Shown piece by piece: positions 58,574-64,000 of a stretch of DNA of 64,000 nt. Position 1 is the first letter of the stretch. Each line of letters begins with the position of its first letter. The stretch is from a virus. The stretch is taken from the IMG/VR virus record IMGVR_UViG_3300032665_000006, positions 32,001-96,000 of that record; one strand, 5' to 3'. Below the pieces are notes generated by a model, which made no database searches, was not told where the DNA came from, and saw only the letters and a program-made list of their open reading frames with translations. A program made the position numbers and the translations under genes.

Positions 58574-59659
58574 TTAAGCTGATGCGTTCAAGATGTACTT
58601 GCCATACTTCTTATGGAACTCATCGAAGTTTTTCAACTTAGTTGGTTGGAATGGAAGATTGTACACAGTTAACGCAATACGAGCACCCATAACTACCAAT
58701 TCAGTTTCAAAGTTCTTCATCATGTAAGCAAAGAAGTAATCTGCCATAGTGTGGAAGTCTTTGTCTGCTACTTTCTTCTCTACAGCATCTTTGAGCTCAT
58801 AGCACATAGAAATAACTAGAGAATACATAGCTGAAACTTCTTTAACATCTAGGGTAGTAACTTTACCAGACAAAATGTCTTCTGGCTTAGGCATACGACC
58901 AGCAATCTTACGGTGTCCGTTAAACTTAATAGCAAGTCCTTCACCAATAGTACCAGAAATCAAGTTAGTAATTGTATCTTCATCACCATCTTCTTCTGAT
59001 AAAATTTCGCTTACAAAAGACCAACTACGAGGAGTAGCAAACGCACGACTTGAAGATTTAGGATCAAAGTCATACAAGTCTTGTTTATTAGAGCCTAAGT
59101 AACCAATAATATCCTTGTGGATGTTATGAGTAACGGCCCAATCTTGCCAGCTAGCGAAGTCTGTTTTCATCTCCTGGTGAATGAAACGATTAGCTAGCGG
59201 AGTAGGCATACGATATGTAACACCTTTGTCTGACTCACGATTACCAGCCGCAACCATAACAACATTATCTGGCAATTTATATTTGCCAATGCGTCGATTC
59301 AAAATTAGTTGATATGCCGCAGCTTGTACTGAAGGAGCCGCAGAGTTCATTTCGTCTAAGAATAGAACAACTACTGGATACTGACTAGCTAATTCTTCGG
59401 ATGGCAAATCAATAGGCTCGGCCCAATCCATCTTGCCAACTTCTTTATTATAAAACGGGATACCACGAATATCTGTCGGCTCCATTTGACCTAGACGTAA
59501 GTCAATCATATGGCCACCTAATTCAGTAGCAATATCAGCTACCAATTCTGATTTACCAATACCTGGAGGCCCCCACAAAAATAGTGGACGCTTGTGTTTG
59601 AAAGCCTTGAGCAAAGAGCGTTTGGCTTGTACCGATGTTACTTGTCTAGTTTCTGACAT
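58574..59659 (-). CDS. MoxR-like AAA+ ATPase
   Basis: Walker A GPPGIGKS, Walker B LFLDE, AAGN sensor, PLANRF arginine finger, ATPRSW. Confidence 0.9.
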   Translation of the reverse strand: MSETRQVTSVQAKRSLLKAFKHKRPLFLWGPPGIGKSELVADIATELGGHMIDLRLGQMEPTDIRGIPFYNKEVGKMDWAEPIDLPSEELASQYPVVVLFLDEMNSAAPSVQAAAYQLILNRRIGKYKLPDNVVMVAAGNRESDKGVTYRMPTPLANRFIHQEMKTDFASWQDWAVTHNIHKDIIGYLGSNKQDLYDFDPKSSSRAFATPRSWSFVSEILSEEDGDEDTITNLISGTIGEGLAIKFNGHRKIAGRMPKPEDILSGKVTTLDVKEVSAMYSLVISMCYELKDAVEKKVADKDFHTMADYFFAYMMKNFETELVVMGARIALTVYNLPFQPTKLKNFDEFHKKYGKYILNASA

Positions 59660-59695
59660 GGGCTGTGTTTCCTTTATAAGTGATTAATTTAACTA

Positions 59696-59890
59696 CTAAA
59701 CTACATTATACGATTTAATGAATTTATTGTCAACCTGCTTAGATTCATCCATAAACACCCGTATTGCTCTTAATTCTGTGGGCGAAAGTTGTCGAAAATG
59801 CTTAACCATAAGTTCGATCCCTCTCAAAGGATCTACTTGATTAGCTTCTGAAAAATCGAGGATGATGTCAACGGCATTTTCTAAGTTCAT
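59696..59890 (-). CDS. Hypothetical protein (64 aa, MNLENAVD...)
   Basis: ATG 6 nt after TTGACG-17-TATAAT (59897-59925). Confidence 0.55.
   Translation of the reverse strand: MNLENAVDIILDFSEANQVDPLRGIELMVKHFRQLSPTELRAIRVFMDESKQVDNKFIKSYNVV
59705..59733 (-). promoter_or_regulatory. Consensus sigma70 promoter TTGACA-17-TATAAT
   Basis: Perfect consensus upstream of the MoxR gene. Confidence 0.85.
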
Positions 59891-59944
59891 ACAGCTATTA
59901 TAGCAATATATCAATTTGTCGTCAACCTGGGTGCTAAATATAGA

Positions 59945-60443
59945 ATGTACACTATTATTGAAGATTGTAGCCCTTATTACATTAGATTTACCCATCAAGG
60001 ACTTGATCAAATTATTAATATATGTAAACAAAATGCCTATGAAAGATTCTATAAATTTTGATTCTAATCGTGTAGCGTTGTTTATTACAGAACCAGGAAT
60101 TAAATCATCGATTCATAAAGACGGGAGTAAAATGCGTTGCGGTATCAATGTTACATTGACTGTATTAGATGATTGTTGTAAAACAAAATGGTATAGTGAT
60201 GAATCTCTAAGTCGAGCGCCAAAACAATATAATGGGTACAGTCGCATTCGTTATCCAATTATAGAACCAGCACCAGTAAAAACAACAGTATTTGGAGCGA
60301 ACGAATGTATTTTATTCAATACTGATATCTATCATTCCTGGGATAACTCAATATCAACTAATACAAGAACTGTACTAACATTAAGAAATGTTGGCGGAGA
60401 TTTATATTTTGATGAAGTTAAAAAATTGCTATTTGAATATTAA
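59945..60443 (+). pseudogene. Cupin/2OG oxygenase-like gene apparently split by a frameshift
   Basis: TAAATA then ATG 59945 opens MYTIIEDCSPYYIRF... (stop 60061). The catalytic half (IHKDG...FNTDIYHSWDN...R) is in the +1 frame from ~60033. Confidence 0.5.
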
Positions 60444-60757
60444 CGGCCACGACCAGCACTACGGGTTGGTGGCTTTTTAGCTGGACCAGCCGAAGGCTTT
60501 ACTTTAACTTTCTTTTCAACAGTAGCATTAACTTCAGAACCATCTACATGAGTCTTGCCCTGCTTCTTTGCTAATGCTTTAGCTAGTGTATCTGATAATT
60601 TTGACATTTCTCGTTCCTTTTTCTTAGCATCTAATTTTTTCATTAACTTGCGCCATTCAGCTTTAGTTAATTGTTTGCCCCAGTTAGTATTTTTAACTTC
60701 GGCTGCCATAGGACGACTAATGGGTCTACCTGGGTCTATATTTTTCTTAGTTACCAT
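60440..60757 (-). CDS. Small Lys-rich basic protein
   Basis: TAATG-coupled to the HNH gene; possible second internal start MSKLSD with an AAGGA SD. Confidence 0.5.
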   Translation of the reverse strand: MVTKKNIDPGRPISRPMAAEVKNTNWGKQLTKAEWRKLMKKLDAKKKEREMSKLSDTLAKALAKKQGKTHVDGSEVNATVEKKVKVKPSAGPAKKPPTRSAGRGR

Positions 60758-61173
60758 TAATAACTCTTATCCAACGAATATCTAACTCGTCTTGCGTGTC
60801 TTCCGTTGCCGCGGTTAGCACCTTTATAAGTTGGTGTTTGACTATGACAATTTGGACAAATCATACATAAATTCTTTGGAAGATTATTTTGACTATTGCC
60901 ATCCTTATGTTCCAATTCTAATACAATAGGCTTACCGTTATGTTCAGTAATACCACAGTAAGCGCATTTATTATCTTGTTGGGCCAACAAATAACGCTTA
61001 ATTGATAATTTAGTTCCATTAACTCCAGTACCGGTTTCGTCGCCATTTAACCATTTACTAATAAATTGCGCTTGCCGATCCACAGATTGACATTTAATAG
61101 AACAATATATGTTACTTTTACTATGTTTAAATCTAGATTCAGTATTACAAGTTTTACAAGTGTAAGTTTTCAT
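60757..61173 (-). mobile_element. HNH endonuclease next to tRNA genes
   Basis: CAYC...LELEHKDGNSQNN..NL..ICPNCHSQT; N-terminal CxxC...CSIKC; AAGGAG SD. Confidence 0.8.
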
Positions 61174-61228
61174 GGTATATCACTCCTTACTTTTATTTAT
61201 GTTCTACCTGTAATATTTAAAATTTTTT

Positions 61229-61302
61229 TGGTGCCCCTTGACAGAATCGAACTGCCATGTCAAGATTACAAATCTAGCATATTACCATTATATTAAAGGG
61301 GC
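61229..61302 (-). tRNA. tRNA-Thr(UGU)
   Basis: GCCCCTT/AAGGGGC acceptor stem, loop TT-TGT-AA, TTCGA T-loop, encoded ACCA. Confidence 0.85.
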
Positions 61303-61316
61303 TATACTTCTAATTT

Positions 61317-61392
61317 TGGCTCCCCGACCTGGGCTCGAACCAGGGACCTGCGGATTAACAGTCCGTTACTCTACCAACTGAGCTATCAGGGA
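61317..61392 (-). tRNA. tRNA-Asn(GUU)
   Basis: TCCCTGA/TCGGGGA acceptor stem, loop CT-GTT-AA, GGTTCGA, encoded GCCA. Confidence 0.92.
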
Positions 61393-61402
61393 ATTGTACT
61401 AC

Positions 61403-61642
61403 TTACTCTACTACCGACTCCACCACCGCTTCTGCGGATACTGCTTCTACTGCTTTGACGAATCCTGGACGACTTTTTAATTCATTAATTCTACGATGAA
61501 TTTTAGCAATATTCTTTTTACGAGCGTTTGATAATAGTTTTTCTAATTGCTCAATGTTCAACGGACCCAAACGCTCTTTACCATTCTTGGTACGCATTGG
61601 ATCTGCTTTACGACTTTTTTGATTTCCACCTTTGGTTGCCAT
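61403..61642 (-). CDS. Small basic hypothetical protein
   Basis: AAAGGA SD; 79 aa. Confidence 0.55.
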   Translation of the reverse strand: MATKGGNQKSRKADPMRTKNGKERLGPLNIEQLEKLLSNARKKNIAKIHRRINELKSRPGFVKAVEAVSAEAVVESVVE

Positions 61643-61661
61643 GTAAGTTCCTTTGTTATTT

Positions 61662-61877
61662 TTACTTATTAGCGATGTTGATCATGGCTAAAATTTCGTC
61701 TACGGATTCTCTAACTTCCCAAGTACCGTATGGTGGGCAAAATATAAAAGTTTTGCGATCAATACTACCGTCAGGATTAGTTACATCATCCATGATCATA
61801 GAAACTATTACATCGGTGTTAAGCGCAAGAGGTTTGTTGTTGAATTCGGTAGATGCTGAAGTTAAATGTATAAACAT
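61662..61877 (-). CDS. FlbD/SwrD-like small protein
   Basis: 'MFIHLT...LALN.D.I......T.I......EVRESVDEI' pattern. Confidence 0.4.
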   Translation of the reverse strand: MFIHLTSASTEFNNKPLALNTDVIVSMIMDDVTNPDGSIDRKTFIFCPPYGTWEVRESVDEILAMINIANK

Positions 61878-61898
61878 GAGTTCTTTCTATTTTAATAA

Positions 61899-62465
61899 TT
61901 ATGCTATAAATCCAAGTGCTGATAATTTTTCACGAACTTCTTTGTAAGTAAAATGATTACCAAATTGTATCGATAATGTGATTCTATGTACATCGCTGTT
62001 ATTAACAACTCTATGAGGTATAGTAGTGTTAACTAAACAGCCATGTCCAAATGCTGATTCCTCGTATGTATCATGTAGAGTACTATCCTTGGTACCAGCC
62101 GCCAAATGCTTATAATTTTTATCAGGTTTAGGTAATATTAATTTTGAATTCCACTGAATAAGGCCAGTGCCTTCTAATACCCAATTGATAGCAAACATAG
62201 TAGTTTCTGAATTAGTTCCGTCGATATGCCAAGGAAAAGATCCATTGGGTCGCCATCTAAAAATTCTAACTACAGTAGGAAAAATATTTTCAGCTGACAA
62301 ACTCTCTCTAATTTCCTTAGTCCAAAATAAATTTTTAGCACCTATTAACGGGTAAGCTCTCCATCGCGGAATATTATCTGTAATATCTGTAGGACTATTA
62401 GGCCATATTTTTTTGTAATTTATGTTTGGCGCAGGTAATGTAGTTTGAGTATAAAACTGATTCAT
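61899..62465 (-). CDS. Cupin/2OG-Fe(II) oxygenase-like protein
   Basis: WHIDG...AINW...LVNTTIPHRVVN...RITLS. Confidence 0.6.
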   Translation of the reverse strand: MNQFYTQTTLPAPNINYKKIWPNSPTDITDNIPRWRAYPLIGAKNLFWTKEIRESLSAENIFPTVVRIFRWRPNGSFPWHIDGTNSETTMFAINWVLEGTGLIQWNSKLILPKPDKNYKHLAAGTKDSTLHDTYEESAFGHGCLVNTTIPHRVVNNSDVHRITLSIQFGNHFTYKEVREKLSALGFIA

Positions 62466-62481
62466 CTTATATTTAAGATTA

Positions 62482-62574
62482 TGGCGGAGAGCTAGGGATT
62501 CGAACCCCAGATGGACTGTTTAGATCCATGCCCGCTTAGTAGGCGGGTGCCTTCGACCGCTCGGCCAGCTCTCC
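62482..62574 (-). tRNA. tRNA-Ser with ACU anticodon (class II, long variable arm)
   Basis: GGAGAGC/GCTCTCC acceptor stem, G73, CCA; anticodon stem CCCGC/GCGGG with loop CT-ACT-AA; long variable arm; GGTTCGAATCC. Confidence 0.85.
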
Positions 62575-62585
62575 GTAATTCTTTT

Positions 62586-62885
62586 TTACTTATGACGCTT
62601 GGGCGGCGCTGTAGATTTTAGTAAGTACTCTCCAGCATCGATCTCGCCTGCTTCAATTTCTAATAGTACTGTAACTAAATCGCCATAAGCCGACTTAACC
62701 TTGCGAGTATGTCCGGTACGCAATTCGCGAATACGAGCGGCACCAATTGAAATTAATTCATATCGGCCAACGACTTTAGCAGCCGCTTCAGATGTGCGCC
62801 CGGTGGTGTCCGTTGGATCATATTTGGTTGGAACCAAGCGTGGAACAATTTTATCGCCAGTTAGTGGTTGTTGTACTAATTTCAT
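62586..62885 (-). CDS. rpoZ: RNA polymerase omega subunit (RpoZ)-like protein
   Basis: 'RTSEAAAKVVGRYELISIGAARIRELR.G...VTVLLEIEAGEI' aligns by eye with the omega consensus R..A....NRF.LV..AA.RAR....AL.EI..G. Confidence 0.6.
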   Translation of the reverse strand: MKLVQQPLTGDKIVPRLVPTKYDPTDTTGRTSEAAAKVVGRYELISIGAARIRELRTGHTRKVKSAYGDLVTVLLEIEAGEIDAGEYLLKSTAPPKRHK

Positions 62886-62907
62886 ATATACCTTTATAGT
62901 GGTTGGA

Positions 62908-63072
62908 TTACTTTGTTAAAAATTGTGTGTTACGGAATGCTTTAAGGATTTCATAAGTCTTTTTCTTACTAGCCATAATTTGGCGACTAGCTTCTGCTCG
63001 TTTTTCAGTTTTAGACCATTGACCCGCTAATGTGCGCGAAAGTTCTGATGCTGTTTGTTGTGGTTTTGCCAT
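62908..63072 (-). CDS. 54-aa basic protein (not in the track)
   Basis: MAKPQQTASELSRTLAGQW...; AAGGA SD; TTGACT-17-TATAAT at 63097-63125. Confidence 0.6.
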   Translation of the reverse strand: MAKPQQTASELSRTLAGQWSKTEKRAEASRQIMASKKKTYEILKAFRNTQFLTK

Positions 63073-63117
63073 GATGGTTCCTTTTATGTAAGTTATATTA
63101 TACTACAATACTCGATG

Positions 63118-63750
63118 TTAGTCAAGCGGTTTGATGATTTCGTCTACCGATTTGTCTATTGCTACTGTAACAATTAATCTGGGCCCTTCGCTTAATACTA
63201 CAGCATGGGCACAATCGGTTTTTACAAAGGCACTAGGAGTTAATAAATTTGGAACGGATAATGTAGGTTCTTTTAGATATTCCCACCGCTCTTCTGGATT
63301 GGATCCTGGTATTGCTTTGCTTACATACTCTTGTCCGGTAATACTATGAAATTTCCAATCAACTAGTCGAGAATCGCCGTATTCCATATTGCCCCACCAA
63401 ACCATTGGGTCTTGGGGATTACCTTGAACCATTACATTAAATCGAGATTTAATTTTGTAAGCATTACCCTTGCTGAACTTTGCGTCCATATGTGGATTAC
63501 TTTTAATAGCATAAGGCATATTGCTAACAAATACATTTATGCCATAGTAACTTGTGTCGCAGTTATATTTAGATAAAAACTGTTTTAATTCTTGCCCTGC
63601 TAAACTATTTTGCCACTCGTTTTGATATTCGTACTGTGTAACATCTAAGTCGTGAAAGAATTTTCGATTGAATCTTTCTTCGTATCGATCCAATATCCAC
63701 TGTCTAGCAGTTTCAGAAAAAGCAAAATCTGTTTTGTGAAAGAAAGTCAT
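63118..63750 (-). CDS. Cupin/2OG oxygenase-like protein
   Basis: NPHMD...RFN...FVKTDCAHAV...RLIVTV; start at the ATGA overlap (63750). Confidence 0.55.
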   Translation of the reverse strand: MTFFHKTDFAFSETARQWILDRYEERFNRKFFHDLDVTQYEYQNEWQNSLAGQELKQFLSKYNCDTSYYGINVFVSNMPYAIKSNPHMDAKFSKGNAYKIKSRFNVMVQGNPQDPMVWWGNMEYGDSRLVDWKFHSITGQEYVSKAIPGSNPEERWEYLKEPTLSVPNLLTPSAFVKTDCAHAVVLSEGPRLIVTVAIDKSVDEIIKPLD

Positions 63751-63998
63751 TTTTTCCAATAAGGGGTAAGGTCTTTGGGCATTTCGTAATCATTACGATT
63801 CATTAGTATTTCGATATTATTATATTGTTCGTTTCCGGTCCACGGAGCACCGACTGCTAATGTAACCTTAACTTCGTCGGCAGTATTAACCATACCATGA
63901 GCCCAGCCACCGTCCATTAGAAAAGGACCTTCTGCACTTGGAGCGTACTTGTTACCATCTTTGGTTATAAAATATAAAGTATCAGTGCGCCCTTGTAA
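63747..63998 (-). CDS. C-terminal part of a cupin/AspH-like oxygenase, truncated by the window edge
   Basis: Open frame LQGRTDTLYF...FLMDGGWAHGMVN...KVTLAVG...YWKK*. Confidence 0.5.
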   Translation of the reverse strand, partial: LQGRTDTLYFITKDGNKYAPSAEGPFLMDGGWAHGMVNTADEVKVTLAVGAPWTGNEQYNNIEILMNRNDYEMPKDLTPYWKK

Positions 63999-64000
63999 TA

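Noticed and set aside
40160-60031. Track N-terminal extensions of several ORFs (41128, 42697, 48992, 50014, 51822, 52072, 60031)
   Set aside because: They overlap neighbouring genes or promoters. Downstream ATGs match family N-termini and promoter/overlap positions better.
62536-62542. Reading the Ser tRNA loop CTACTAA as a CUA amber suppressor
   Set aside because: The 5-bp stem fixes a 7-nt loop with ACT at positions 34-36; CTA is off-register. Long ORFs are intact in the standard code.
1-64000. Stop-codon reassignment, as seen in some jumbo phages
   Set aside because: Coding density is near complete under code 11, including a 15-kb ORF. The two broken genes are frameshifts, not in-frame stops.
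1-64000. CRISPR array, rRNA, IS element or integrase
   Set aside because: No regularly spaced direct repeats, rRNA-like segment or transposase/recombinase motifs were seen.

Overview
This is an AT-rich (by eye), densely coding segment of a large myovirus-like (jumbo) tailed phage genome, read in the standard bacterial code. (1) 1-22.5 kb (+) is a virion module: gp25-like and gp6-like baseplate wedge proteins, a 5004-aa giant structural protein with FG-GAP propeller repeats, tail-fibre-like proteins and a free-standing GIY-YIG endonuclease. (2) 22.6-50 kb is a mixed-strand 'chemistry island'. It encodes glycosyltransferase-like proteins, an NDP-sugar epimerase, a methyltransferase, four radical SAM enzymes, five PP-loop (SGGxDS) ATPases, three GNATs, TauD/AspH/Rieske oxygenases, a fatty acid desaturase, an NMO/FabK-like flavoenzyme, an amidohydrolase and two orphan solute-binding proteins (Bug/TctC, DctP). 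Many of these genes have a TAAATA late-promoter-like motif just before the start codon. (3) 50-64 kb is mostly on the minus strand. It holds an internally deleted thyX, a MoxR AAA+ ATPase and a vWA-metallopeptidase bracketing an array of small proteins that share a C-terminal FxL[KR][WY] motif, an HNH nuclease, an RpoZ-like protein, further cupin/2OG oxygenases and three tRNAs, one a serine tRNA with the unusual ACU anticodon. All calls come from motif recognition by eye; no database searches were run.
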